A stretch of 63,802 bases of DNA, filler included, from Bigelowiella natans CCMP2755 (Eukaryota > Protista > Cercozoa): assembly GCA_000320545.1 (NCBI GenBank). It is 3 parts of 3 records of this genome, joined end to end, with 100 filler letters (N's around TTAATTAATTAA, not from the genome) between each part and the next. Parts side by side here need not be neighbours in the genome. Positions count along the whole stretch, not along the records: positions 1 to 30,335 come from ADNK01003271.1; positions 30,436 to 57,981 come from ADNK01000057.1; 1 more part is not named here. The stretch is one strand, 5' to 3'. Made by a program: the position numbers and the translations under genes. Numbering within the stretch: position 1 is the stretch's first letter; every line of letters begins with the position of its first letter. This document shows, in pieces, positions 26,225 to 39,642 of the stretch. Under the pieces are notes generated by a model. The model saw only the letters and a list, made by a program, of their open reading frames with translations. It did not search any database and had not been told where the DNA came from.

Positions 26225-28698
26225 GAGAGAAAGGAGAAAATGTTGCCTTACACGAGTACAAAACACACGTATTTGATGTAACATAATTTGTGACCCGATC
26301 TTCTTGTAAACCGCCTGCAATTTTTCTGAATTCGGGAAGCAGTCTATCTATAAATGGGAGGATGATAAGTAGGTAATAATGCATTAGATGATGACCCCTT
26401 TACACAGTGAAAATGAGCGTCTTGAGAATGGTTATCATCATCGCCATCTATATCTTCATCTACTCAGCAATCGATGCAGTAGTAGTTCTCTGAAATGTAA
26501 TATGGTACTGCTCAACTATCACTAGTAGTAAGGCTTCTTCTTCTTCTTCATCATCATCTTCTTCTTCTTCTTCTTCTTCTTCTTTCACTCTGATCATCCC
26601 ACAACCGTTAAATAGTCACCACCTACGAATGTGCAGTGTCTAATGTCCAATTCCACCTAAATAGGTAGAGAGGCAAGAGATGATGATGAAGAGGAAGAAG
26701 AAAGAGGGATCGATAGTGAGTACTATCAAACACTAGAGCGGTAGGCATCTTTCATCACTTTGCCGGTGGTAGTAAATATGAGATGATAAGATATACATTA
26801 AGATGTATGTATGATGATGATGATGATGATGACGATGATGATGACGATGTGACAAGGGGGTTCATATAGTCGTACGTACGTATACTGGTAATTGATAGCA
26901 GCGCACGTATTTGGTGAAATAGAGCTAAAGATGGTGTTTTAACATAGTGATTGAGAAAAATCGTTGTTTACTTCCGTTCCGCCTCTCTTTGGAATTATAG
27001 TGTAGCTTGCATGAGCTGCCCCTGAGTAGTAGCAGCAGTAGCAATAACAGTAGCAATATTAGTAGTAGTAACAGTAGTAGTAACAGTAGTAGTAGGAGTA
27101 GTAGTATAGGTTAGCTACTGTATGCATTGATGGGAAGAAGAAGAGAAGAAGAAGAAGAAGAAGAAGAAGAAGAAGAGTATCTAAGAAAAGAGAGTAGTGT
27201 GATAGTAGTGGTGGTGGGGAGGAGAAGGAGGAGGGTGTATGAGGGATGAGGACAGCAGCAAAATAATAGCGACAGTCGTTGACTACTACTACTACCATTA
27301 CTTCTACAACTAGTACTGGTACAAGTAGGTGTTACTATTATTATTATTATTGTTATTATGATTCGTGCATGATTAGATGATTAGTGCCTCATGAAGGACT
27401 AACATTATGGTAATCTATATTACTACTACCTCGTGAAAGAATAACATAGAAGCCATATTTATCCGGAACAACTACCCCTCTATCTAGCTGTAATCTTAGC
27501 CTCAAATTGTATCTACTTTCCACCACCAAAGCACAATCACCCATGTATATAACGATAGGAGTAACACAAACACCAGATATACGTTAAAATTTAGGTTGAG
27601 GATTTTGGTGAAATATTCATGTTACCACTATTATATTGCCATTTCATCATATAATCATCATCATATCATCATGATCATCTACGAGTTATACACCGATATC
27701 GTTCATTTGGAATTCGTAGAGGCACTTCTCGGCCTATTACACAGCAGAGTAAACATGGAAAAGGAGCAGTAAAGAGCCGTATTACGTTTGTGATGTGTAA
27801 TGATTATGCATTTGTGATGATGTCTATGGTTAAGAAATCGTATTTATTGTGGATGATAATGGAGATATGTTATAAGTGCTGCCTTTATTCTGTTGAACAA
27901 ACTGAAAGAGAGCATGGTGATATGTTATAAGTGCTGCCTTTATTCTGCTGAACAAACTGAAAGAGAGCAGCTCTTATAGGCAACACTCGTCGTCGATAAG
28001 TGAAATCCTACGAATGGAACGGTGGAAGGGATTTAATATCAGTAAGAACAGCATTAAAATACTACTTTAACGACAGAAACATCCTTAGTTACTACTTAAG
28101 GAACTATGAATATAAGTATATAGTCCTGTTTGAATTACGCATACACATACACACATACACACACCACACTTATGATGCATATCACCCAAAAGAGCCATAA
28201 CAGCATCGGAAGTATCACAGCAGCATGAACTGAGAATAAAATGCATGTTGCTACGAATACCGGGATGTGTCTAACAAGAAAAGGAGGAGGAGGAGGAGGA
28301 GGAGGAGGAGGAGGAGGATGAGGACAAATTATCTATGACTCCAACATTTTAATTAAATTGCTTTATGTGCAACCAACAAACGATGATGATAATTGATAGT
28401 GATGACAATAATGCTGATAATGATAATGATGATGATGGTGGTGGTGGTGATGATGATGATGATGATGATAATGATGATTACGCTTACATAAACCTAAATA
28501 CATACATTTCATCTACGGTAAGTCATATATGTAGTAACCAGTATCTAAGGACTAACGTTAGACGGAAAATCATCCTCAAGAAGTAATTCTTGTTGTCGTC
28601 ACGTGACTTAAAGAAACATCTCTTCTTTCCATTGGCTTTATCATCCTCTTCGTCGCCATCATTATCATCATCAATATCGCAGTAGAAGGAAGAAGCTA

Positions 28699-28733
<35 letters not shown>

Positions 28734-29055
28734 ACAATGCCATCGTCGTTGACTTGATTTTGGTTGCAGTGATCAGCAGCCTTTTTGCTGTTGTTTCTTC
28801 CCTCATCGTCTAGTAATAGTTTGGATGAACCTTTTTCCATGATAAACTTGCAACATTGCAGCAAAAATATTGAACAAGACTCATTATGATTATCATTATC
28901 ATCACCAACATCATTATCTCTTATGCATGATAGTAATTGGTCCTCACCTTCATGGGAGACTCCCAGGTAGACGTAGAACTTCTGGCGTTGTAATAATACC
29001 TTGCAGTAGCAGCAGCAGCAGCAGCAGCAGTAAGTGTATTGTAAGAACGAAGAGT

Positions 29056-29102
<47 letters not shown>

Positions 29103-30000
29103 GAATTAGTGAATCGTCATATATCTATGAACATTATTTGTTTTTTGCAGTTAGTTACGGTATTCCATCATCTGTATAGTGTGCGGTCCATCCTGACGGT
29201 AGTTGATGATATGATGATGATGATGATGGTAATGTCCCTGCACTCCTTGAAACGTGAGCAGCTATTTCATTTAAGATAATATAAGAGAAGAAGAAGAAGG
29301 AGGAGGGGGAGGGGGGTTAAATTATCGTTTGGTTCCAAGAGTAGCTAGGTTCTGTGGTGGCTATCTATTACTACGACGATTATTACCTCCCCCCTTAACA
29401 CGCACCCATATACAACTAACAGAACACGATATAGAAGAAGAAGAAGAAGCTGCTACTGCTCCTGCTCTCAAAAGTCTTTTCCCTTCTTTTCCGCTATCCA
29501 ATACTCTAATGTTTAGGCTAAATGACTATCCAATACTCTAATGTTTAGAAGGCTAAATGAGTAGTCAATACATCATAATAATACGTTGGGAAATGGAGAA
29601 TTTTAGTGTTGATAATGTAGAAACACTGGTAGCAGCAGCAGCAGCAGCATTAGCAGTAGCAATAGGAATGTCATCATTTGTTGTCCATGTTAGTGCTGCC
29701 AAGCTTTTCCTACTCTGCGAGATTAATTATTAATGATATCAAAGGCAAATAGCAGCATCAGAAGTAGAATATCGATCATGCTGATTATCAATAAAAGCCT
29801 ACTAGTATGTTTTGCAGAGAAATGACAACATCATGATTTATCCGCTCTCTTTTGTTCCCTGATGATTCTTTTCTTCCTATACGCTCTTCCTCCTCCTCCT
29901 CCTCCTCATCATCATCATGACTATCATCATCATCACCTTTGAATGTCTAACAAGGACAAGCAACTTTCTACGCTGTTTTGCCGCCTCTTTGAGCTTTCGC
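22601..30000 (-). CDS. Multi-exon gene of unknown function; may be the 3' continuation of the WW-domain gene across the gap
   Basis: Many short AG/GT-bounded non-repetitive blocks between microsatellite introns (e.g. VMIFPVGSDLMDYSPQLE 24974-25027, LLPEFRKIAGGLQEDRVTNY, DFTYRRRVLPIRAALFQFVQQNK, part of ORF 28523-29065). No family was recognised and the frames are not fully resolved. Confidence 0.45.
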
Positions 30001-30012
30001 CTATATACGACA

Positions 30013-30097
<85 letters not shown>

Positions 30098-30290
30098 CGC
30101 GAGATGGAGAGTAGCTTATGCATTACAATTATTGCGTCTCGCTGAGAGAGAGAGAGAGAGAGTCGTTATCTCTCTTATCGCTACAGAGAGGGGGGGGCGG
30201 GAGTGAGTGTGCGTGTGTGTGAGTGAGAAAGAGAGAGAGAGAGAGAGCGCGTGAGTGTGTGTGTGTGTGTGTCTCTCACACACACACACA

Positions 30291-30335
<45 letters not shown>

Positions 30336-30435
30336 NNNNNNNNNNNNNNNNNNNNNNNNNNNNNNNNNNNNNNNNNNNNTTAATTAATTAANNNNNNNNN
30401 NNNNNNNNNNNNNNNNNNNNNNNNNNNNNNNNNNN
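30336..30435. other. Assembly gap with artificial linker (44 N + TTAATTAATTAA + 44 N)
   Basis: Linker at 30380-30391 gives stops in all six frames; an identical structure occurs at 57982-58081. Confidence 0.97.
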
Positions 30436-30592
30436 GAAAATCAAAGAAGTGGTGGGGCAAGCACCCACAGTTATTATGCAGACAGCAGCCTCCTTATCTC
30501 CTTTGTAATTATATTGTACGTCGTAGTTACTGTCACGATTCAAATCGGGGTTAAAGTAAGTGTGTGCGTGTGTGTGTGCATCTGTATGTGTG

Positions 30593-30632
<40 letters not shown>

Positions 30633-30685
30633 TGTGTGTGTCTTAAGAAAGAAGCACACAAGCGTAAATTCTCAAATAAGTTACG

Positions 30686-31021
30686 TGTTTTTTCATATAA
30701 GCCTCCAAAGCGTCTTCTTCTTGATTCTTTTTCTTCCTTGCATCGTCATCTATGATGTGTCACATAGCATATCAACAAATCACAGCTTCGCGGCAAGGTC
30801 TTCAACAAGCAGAGCAGTGAGAAATATCGGGTGTGCCCTCGATCTGGTGTGAGATGTTTCTCTCTTTCCAATAATACCTTGCACTTCTCCAAATTCATTG
30901 CCATAATTAGGGTGCTCTTGAGAAGGATGGAGGAGGGGTAAACAAGGAGGAGGAGGATAATAATGAGAGCTATAGCTATAATGAAGGTTAAAAACATCGA
31001 CAAAAGCACAGCTGCGGAGCC

Positions 31022-31069
<48 letters not shown>

Positions 31070-31078
31070 ATTTCTCAT

Positions 31079-31117
<39 letters not shown>

Positions 31118-31564
31118 CCTATCACACAGATAATTCCTTCATTCATTCCCTGATACTACCGGGATCAGAATCCAAAATATACTCGATCTCCGTGTTGTTG
31201 AGGTGCAGCGTGTCGTTTGCGTCTCCCTCTGTGGCGCTATCAGATACTACTACAGATGATGGGAAGCCATTGTTTCCTCCGTCCTTCCCTTCTCTCTTCC
31301 TCATTTTTTTGTTGGTAGAAGATGAAGAAGAAGATGAGGAGGCGGAGGAGGAGGAGGTGTTATTCTTAGGAAGGTACGATGCAAAAGAGGCTATTGCAAG
31401 GCGCCGAAACTCTCTAACCCTTTCTTCTATCGGCACTTCTCGTGGGACCTTTGCAGATAAATGCAGCAGCAGCAGCATTAGACACGAAAGGAGATATGAT
31501 GGATGATGACTTGTGTTGTGATGTTCCTTTTTCTCATGGCTACATACACACTAACACATGCTTA

Positions 31565-31598
<34 letters not shown>

Positions 31599-31944
31599 GC
31601 ATGTTCATCATACACAATAACAACAACACCTCCCACTGAGACTCTCCTGATTCTGGGTTGTGAAAGAAATACTTTCCGCTGATGTCTTGCACGCTGCAGG
31701 AGGAGGAAAGATAGGTGATTTGATGGATGGATGCATGGACGAATAGGTGATGGGGGACAACCGCCAAAAGACGATCGATAGTGGCGATAACGGGTAGATA
31801 TCAGTACCACACACAAACATAATGTGTACATACAAGCACCAATGCTATCATATCAGGGGTATTATTATATGTATGTTAGACGACGAAGACAACAACCGAA
31901 TCCATCCCTTTGGTAGTGGAGGGGAGGGCGCAGGTGTTGGGGTC

Positions 31945-31978
<34 letters not shown>

Positions 31979-32247
31979 CCGATGGTGATGGTGGCTGTGA
32001 TAATGGAAATGATGATGATGATGATGATGCTGGTTTCTTGGAAGATTTGGGTCTTTTCCATGTCGTCAACTTCAGCTTCTACCAACCCAAAATCAGCAGG
32101 AATAAACACGTTAAATTCTTAAACGTATAAAATGTCGTTCATATCCATCCTCGTCTGGAGAAGATTGGGTGAGATTTGCGCGTGCTTACCTTATTGTGGT
32201 AGTAGTCTCTCTTGGAGGCAGGGTCGTAATAACCTACGAATATGATT

Positions 32248-32278
<31 letters not shown>

Positions 32279-32700
32279 CCATAATTAAGTTTGAAAAAAT
32301 AGCTAAGAGCGTTGAACATATGTTATCACGTACACTTCCATCCTTCCGGGAGACTCGGATCAGTTTTTTTTCTCGCCTTGGTAGCATCTGCCCCTCCGTC
32401 TTGACTAAATTTCTCCGTCCAGTGCGATTTTGTATCTTTGTACTGAGGGGCGAAACCGTCTCCAAATCTTGCAGCAGGGTCGTCGTTGTTATCTGTGAAG
32501 GCCTTCCCTAATCGCTCAACAACCTACATGGATATGTAAGGAGGAGGAGGAGGAGGAGGAGGAGGAGGAGGAGGAGGGTACGTGAGATAGTAGATTCAAT
32601 GATTGGTGGTCAATCATCAACCGAGTGCTGAATTAAATGAGAACTAGGAACAGAATCAACACTATAACCTAGGCTGTTTAATCGTCTTGTGTTGTTGTTG

Positions 32701-32746
<46 letters not shown>

Positions 32747-33308
32747 AGTCGTTGTAGTAGGATAAAGCTAGCTATTACTATCATTAGTTATGAGAGAACA
32801 TACGGCAGAGATGGAAGAATTTCGAGAAAGTCCCAGGTAATCAGACATTTGAGGGAGGAGTATCTTTAAGCGCTCGTCGGCTTTCTCTTCCTTTATATGA
32901 TGATGATGATGATGATGATGATGAAAGGATGGCAAGATGGTGATTATGAGAATGGTGGCACTTATCGCAGTGAAGACTAAGACGAGGACAATGTCGACAA
33001 CCTAGCAGCTAAAGCTACATATTGTGTGTATTTTGAAGATCGTCACCACTCTCTCTCTCCCTCTTTCTCTATCTTCTTCTTCTTCTTCTTCTTCTTCTTC
33101 TTCTTTGTGTGTGTGTGTGTGTGTGTGTGTCCACTCCTTGCTCCCTCTCGCCATATGCTTGTGTATTGTATGTGATTATGTTGTTGGATGCTACGAACTT
33201 CCTCGGGTTTCCCGACGCATAACCTTCGATGTACACTATTGGATGATAATAACAACAATGTATGATGCCAAGTAGTAATGTGCCAACGCAACGAAGGCAT
33301 ACAGATTG

Positions 33309-33349
<41 letters not shown>

Positions 33350-34376
33350 GAGGGGGGGGGGGGAGAGAGGTGTAGTAGTAGTTATTGTTGTTGTTGTTGT
33401 TGTAGTAGTAGTAGTAATAGTAGTAGTAGTATGTTACTGCTTACTTTAATTCCTTGCGCGTCGCTGAAACCTGACCGCACTCCTTGCACTTAAGATTTAA
33501 GCTCAGTCCCGCCCGGCACAACATCCTGAGAAACCAGCAGCATCGCAACGGCCATATCATTCATTGCTATTTTTCATGCTCATCATCATCATCATCCTGG
33601 CATGTTCGTAAGAGCATTTATTCCTTGTGTAACCACCTGTGCTCCTCGTTTTCCTCCTCCATCATCCGGACCACCTTTCTCCATGACTTCAGTCTGTCCT
33701 GCTTGGATTTCTTCCCGCCTGAGAGGAGGAGGACCAAGAGAAATGAAATTCTAGTAGCAAGCATCTCAAGGATCACGGTATCATCGATCATTGAGGAAGA
33801 AATGCAAATTCATAAGAGAAACAAATCCCTTAAATTGATTACTAGAGTCGTTATCGTCCTCTACAGCTGTGATCCCATCCATTAGATCTTGTGGCATTTC
33901 CATCGCTTTGCCCCCCCGTAACCGTCCCAATTTCGATTCATTCTTACGCAAACCTGTAAAATTAAACAAATATCTCTTGAGGGTGTCGAAGGGGGGAGGG
34001 GCGGCTGTCTTTCGGGTGATTCGGAAAGTGCTAGAGAGTGAGAAAGAGGGATGGCGGCGAGGCTAGTACCTATTCTGCCGGCAAATTTGATCGTGTCTAT
34101 ATTTGATACTGCTGCTGCTGTAACCACAGTGGCCGACGACGTGTGATTATTGCCCCTCTGATAATGATGAATGCAGCGAACCAAGTGCCTCTCCCCCGTT
34201 GTTGGCATTGTGTGCTTAAAGAATACAACGGGAACGACAGCAAGGACGAAGGGAAGAAGCTGTTGGCCAAGGCCGCGGGGGAGGGGGGCCAACCCACCTG
34301 AGAGAGTGAGAGTTAGATGGAAATGAAATCTTCAAACGGGCAACGGAAGCTTACCCTGGGCCGCCCTGGCCGCCAT
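30686..34376 (-). CDS. Presequence-bearing protein with a C2HC zinc finger and two WW domains; 3' end uncertain because of the gap
   Basis: Phase-consistent splicing gives MAARAAQGGLAPLPRGLGQQLLPFVLAVVPVVFF...KLGRLRGGKAMEM..., then CKECGQVSATRKELNVHRRLC, WW1 LPEGWK.YYDPASKRDYYHNKKLKLTTWKRP and WW2 LPKGWIRVQDISGKYFFHNPESGESQWEVP. Confidence 0.7.
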
Positions 34377-34829
34377 TTATGCGCTGGCTTGTTTAGCTCA
34401 GACTCTGGCAATCTTTAATGCGGAAACTTACTAAAATATTCAATAATCCATGAAGATTTGGTTTCTGAACGAAATATCACCCGAGAACATCTTGCATATG
34501 CTGGGTGAAAAAAGATTGTTGCCCTGCGTCCGAACAGTAACAAAATCGCATGCGATCATGATACAGCGACGTCGTAATATTTGATGTCGTATGATAATTT
34601 AGGGCTATGTTTCTCCGAAAAAACTCCTTAGTACGACTACGACCAAAGAACGATGGGAATCGGAATCTGCCGATGGACCGATGCAGCAGAGGAAAGGAAC
34701 TTCAGGGGCCACCCTAATGCCATGTAAGTACGATTATTCGAGTAAAATTAATCAGAGGAGGCAAGATGGAATTATGAAAGATGAATGTCGGATCAATGGG
34801 TGATCAATTTTGTGGACGACAGGTTCGAT

Positions 34830-37800
34830 ATGGGCGCTGCAGCGAATATGCTCGCACAGCTACATCGCAGGATACCCAATGTCACATATCGATACGGGAC
34901 CGCAGGCTTTCGAGCTGATGCCAAAATCCTAGACTCTGTGATGTTGAGGATGGGAATGATGGCTGCTCTCCTTGCGAGACTCAGGTCCGATAGTGATAAG
35001 TATGAGTGAGTGTAAGCGTTGATCGAAATGGCAATGATAAATAGACCTGGAAAAGCAATTGGAATCATGGTAACAGCCTCCCACAACAAGGAAGTTGACA
35101 ACGGCATCAAGATTGCGGATTTTGATGGCGGCATGCTGAACCCGATCTGGGAGGAGCAAGCGAGCTTGATCGCTAATTGCGAAGAGGAGAAACTCATGGA
35201 CATGCTGAAGGATGTGAAGAATCGCTTTGGCATTGATATGGAGACAGAAGCCGTTGTTTTTATTGGAGAGGATACGCGAAAGTGAGGATTAGTAGCAGTA
35301 GTTGTTGTTGCAAGGAGTATGATGAAGCATGAGATAACTTTGGAATAATACGCGATACTTAAACGTACTGTGTAGATCCTCGCCGCGCCTCGCAGGGCTG
35401 GCCGCTGATGGAGCTTTGGCGCTTGGGGTAGAGCACCATTCCCCCTAATTATTTACACATTATCACCACCAAACATATCTAGCAAGAACATCTATCTACG
35501 ACTGGGGAGTTTCCTTCAACCAGTCGAGGGTGCAATTATTTTCGAATTTTTTAATGGGAGAATACTATACAAAACATGCCACTAATACGCAACACTTCCT
35601 TCCTCAGGCAAAAGTGAAACGATACGAGAAAGTCACAACGCCGCAGCTGCACTGGGCGGTCTGGCGGTTCAACGTGCAGGAGAGAATGGATGATATCCCC
35701 GGTTATCTCTCAGAGATCTCGACTTCATTCCTTGAGCTTTGCAAAGAAGAGGGAAAGAAGAAGCCATCATCAGGTATTGTTCCAAAGCTAAGGGTCGATT
35801 GTGCGAACGGTGTTGGTGCTGTGGCCCTGAAAAACCTAGCTCCCCTCTTTAAGAGAGCGCTAGAAATCGAGGCTTTCAACGTGGATACGGACTCGAAAGG
35901 TCGGAAAGGGGGAGGAGGAGGAGGTGGAGGAGGAGGAATCATGCTCATATTTCATTTCCATCCAATAAAATATTACAGTAAAGCATGCCCTTAACATTTC
36001 GATCACTTCTTTGATGGTGATTCTGATTCCTGGTGGGGAAAAGTGATGCGTACACATCAAAGAATGACCCCCATCATTACCACCACCACCATCAATCTTC
36101 GTCCATCAGCAACACTGTATCAAGGGCCTTTTCATACCTACTTATCTATCTAAACAGGCAAATTAAATGAGAGCTGTGGGGCCGAGCATGTGCAGAAGTC
36201 TCGTCAGTTACCACAGGGAATTGACGTTAGCAGTAGCAGCAGCAGCAGCAGCTTTGAGGGTATCCCGCATTGCTCGTTAGACGGTGACGCAGATCGTATC
36301 GTATTCTTTCTACCCGAAGCCAAACACGCGAACAAGATGAGGCTTCTAGATGGAGACAAGATTGCTGCGCTTGTGACCGAGGTAGGAGTAGTAGTAGCAG
36401 CAGCAGTAGTAGTAGTGTTCTAAATATAGTTGATCTGAGTGAAAGATACGATTTATTAGAAAAACATTTTTGTCATGACCATGATCATGATGATCATAAT
36501 TGTCATTGTCATCGTCATTATGACTAGGTTCTCCGTGAGTTGTTTAATGTGTCGGGGCTCCTGAAAGGGAAGGGGGGTGATGAGGAGTTGCTGCTGCGTG
36601 TGGGGGTAGTGCAGACAGCCTACGCTAATGGGGCGTCCACAACGTGAGTAGCAATCCCATAGTGTAACCAGAAGATTATCATAGATTTGAGTGAGAGGAA
36701 TAGCTCTAATTGATATTGAAAAAATGATGATACAGGCAGCGCTACACCATAGCAAAAATCTGTTTCTTGCTTTTCTCCTCCATTCGTTTTCTTCCCGCTG
36801 ATTCTCCTTCTCCTCCTCCTTCTCCTCCTCCTCCTTTTTCTCTCCCATCCATCACCACAGGTACCTCGAGCAGCAGCTAGGCAAAGGCTCAGTTCTCTGT
36901 GCTAAAACTGGAGTGAAGCACCTCCATCGTGTAGCACACGAGCAGCTGGATGTCGGTGTATATTTTGAGGCAAACGGCCATGGGACGGTACTTTTCAGCA
37001 AAAAAGCGCTGAATGCATTGGAGGCAGCTAAGCCAGCATCTGGTACTCCTGCTGCAATAGCGGTGCAAAGATTGCGGAATTTTGTGCTACTTATCAACCA
37101 AGCGGTGGGAGACGCTCTAGCTGATATGCTTGTAGTTGTGGCCGCTCTCCGCCTCAAAGGATGGGTATGTACCGAAGAATATGATAAATAGTAATAGTGA
37201 CATCCGTAATCTCTCTCTCTCTCTCTCTTTCTCTCTTTCTCTCTTTCTAAATGGTATTGATCCCTCCTCTTCCCTCCCCCCCCCCCCCCTCTCTCTTTCA
37301 GACGCTTCTTGACTGGGACTCCATCTACCAGGATTTCCGAGTCGCATGCTCAAGGCAAAGGTTAATGATATTTGAATATAAAGAATAATGAACTCTCTTC
37401 CAATTGTTTTATTGCGCTCTTCTCTTCATCCACAAAATTAATGGAAGTACGTTCTCAGCATTGTGTTGATGTAGAGATAGTAGATAGAAGCTGTAGAGAT
37501 AGTAAAGAAGCTAATTGTCGTGAAAACAGCAGTGACTACACAACAACTCTCTAATCCAACACGAAATTACTTTCGGTATTATGTCAATAATAAGGTACGA
37601 GATAGGACACTTGTAGAGACTACTGACGCCGAGCGTAAATGCGTATCGCCCCCCTCCCTACAACCCGCAATCGACAAACTTGTTGCCGCGGCTGGGAAGA
37701 ACGCACGCGCGTTCGTACGACCGTCAGGGACCGAGGACGTAGTTCGAATATATGCAGAGGCAGCTTCACAGAAGGGTGCTGATGAACTTGCGAACAAGAT

Positions 37801-37831
37801 CAAGGCAGAAGTAGCTCGGATCTTGGCCTAA
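34830..37831 (+). CDS. PGM3: Phosphoacetylglucosamine mutase (PGM3/AGM1)
   Basis: Motifs [78 protein letters not shown] and [19 protein letters not shown]. The start may be 34785, and there is an apparent 1-nt frameshift near 37336. Confidence 0.95.
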
Positions 37832-38925
37832 TAACATAGCGTAGTAATCATGATAAACAATATCTAGATATGTAGCTAACAGGTGTAGGCACATTCCTTG
37901 CAAAACATTTAAATGGTGTTTTTTTGTTGTGCAGTGGTATGTTATGATGTGCACGGCGACAGTGTTAATGAACCCATGCCCCTCACTAACATGATGTGAT
38001 TTTGTCAACATTTGATAAAAACACGTAGTCCAGCAACATGGACACATATTTGCTACAAATATTTTAGAGAAAGTGTATGCTTGTTTAAACACATCAGTAG
38101 GCACACACATTTAAAGACTACGTTTGTGTTTGAGACTAAGTCTCTTAAATGTGTATATGTTGCTGGTTATAGTCCTATGTTTGCCATGAATGGCTTTGCA
38201 TGTGCGCAACATGAAAACGTACGCAGACAAGCTAGGCTCTATACATACATGTGCTCCTCATGGCCAAGCACGTGCGATGTAATCATATAGAATCAATCAA
38301 ATTATAAATTTGTTGCATGGTCATCCTAATATGGAGCTGTGCAATGCAACGGCTACAGCGCTGATGTTGAATCTGTTGGTCTCCGCTATAGTGTGTTTCA
38401 TGCAATCAAATGTATGTTGTTTCGGTCATGAATAATGTCGCGCATTTCGCGCAGCAGTCTAGCAATGCTAGAATGCGATGCGTGTTTCCTTTTCATCGCA
38501 AGTCAATCTTGCGTATACGAAGATTGTGGCATTTATGCTAATATGCACGACGCATGTACATGTCGTATCGCATGTGCCGTACGTCCAGCTTTTAGCAGCA
38601 TGCACGCTTACATAACTAGTTCATAGCACACATTCACAGCTGCGTGCGCGTGCAGCATCGTACATCATAGCGTAGAAGACGTACGTATAAGATATATAGA
38701 TACGTGCAATACGACGACAACACGACGTACATATAGCAGCTTAAGCGGCATAAGAATTCAATAATGCTATGTAGTCATCACATCATCTAGATTATTGGGT
38801 CTGCTCGCATGGCAGCGCACATGTACGTATTATTTGGTGCGAAATGCTTTTTCCATAGCATAGAAGACCTTAGTGCATACTCGATTTGAAATAGGCAAAG
38901 ACTGTTGATCCTATCCTACTACATA

Positions 38926-39642
38926 TTACTTCTCTTTCTTTCGCATCGCTTCACGAGCCTTGTCGATATAATTTTCGTTGTACCACATGTCAGTGTCTTC
39001 CAGAATCTCCTTGAGGTGGAGTAGATACTCTTTCTTGGATTTCATGGGCCACGTACCGCTCCGATGTACGACATCTCGGACGTCTTCGATGATTTTGTTG
39101 GCCATCGCATTGTCTTCTTCGCTCTGGAGGTTAGTGACCGCGAGATCCATCTCCTTTATGTCGTAGGTAAGATTCTCTTTGCGCTCCTCCCACTGTGTCT
39201 TGCGGTAATCTACTAGCTCCTTCACCGCGTTCACACGATGCAAGTGCATAGCGTCAAGGAATCGTCGTGGAAGACGGCGCTCAGTTCTCCCTTTGCTCTT
39301 CTTGGACGTTGGTGGGGGCTGTGATTCCTCCATGGCGACAGCAGCGGCGCTGCTACTCTCAGCTTCGTCGTCCATTGCTTCCACCCCCTCCACCTCCTCG
39401 CTGGTGCTGCTCTCCCCCTCATCTGAGGATGAAGATGAGGAGGAAGTTGACATATGACGCGTCATTTCTCCTCCCATTATGTGTTGCCGAAACAGAATCG
39501 ATCTGGAAGGATTAGCAGCGGCAGTGGTGGTGGTGGCAGCAGCGCATCGCGAGAAAAGGAACTGCTGTTGCTGCGCAAGTAGCCTGGGCTGAAACATTCG
39601 AATCATCGCACTTGATGCCTGTATCGGTCGGCCAAGTCGCAT
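38926..39642 (-). CDS. Intronless 238-aa protein with a mitochondrial-type presequence, function unknown
   Basis: ATG-to-stop ORF with an Arg/Ser/Ala-rich, nearly acid-free N-terminus ending RHMSTSS, followed by an acidic linker and a helical C-terminal region. Confidence 0.7.
   Translation of the reverse strand: MRLGRPIQASSAMIRMFQPRLLAQQQQFLFSRCAAATTTTAAANPSRSILFRQHIMGGEMTRHMSTSSSSSSSDEGESSTSEEVEGVEAMDDEAESSSAAAVAMEESQPPPTSKKSKGRTERRLPRRFLDAMHLHRVNAVKELVDYRKTQWEERKENLTYDIKEMDLAVTNLQSEEDNAMANKIIEDVRDVVHRSGTWPMKSKKEYLLHLKEILEDTDMWYNENYIDKAREAMRKKEK

Noticed and set aside
30380-30391. TTAATTAATTAA as a biological motif or piggyBac TTAA site
   Set aside because: It is centred in exactly 44+44 N at both gaps, so it is an artificial six-frame-stop contig linker.
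29943-30852. ORFs made of YIYI, HTHT, CVCV, ERER and poly-M/I/D/S runs (also throughout the window)
   Set aside because: They are translations of intronic microsatellites.
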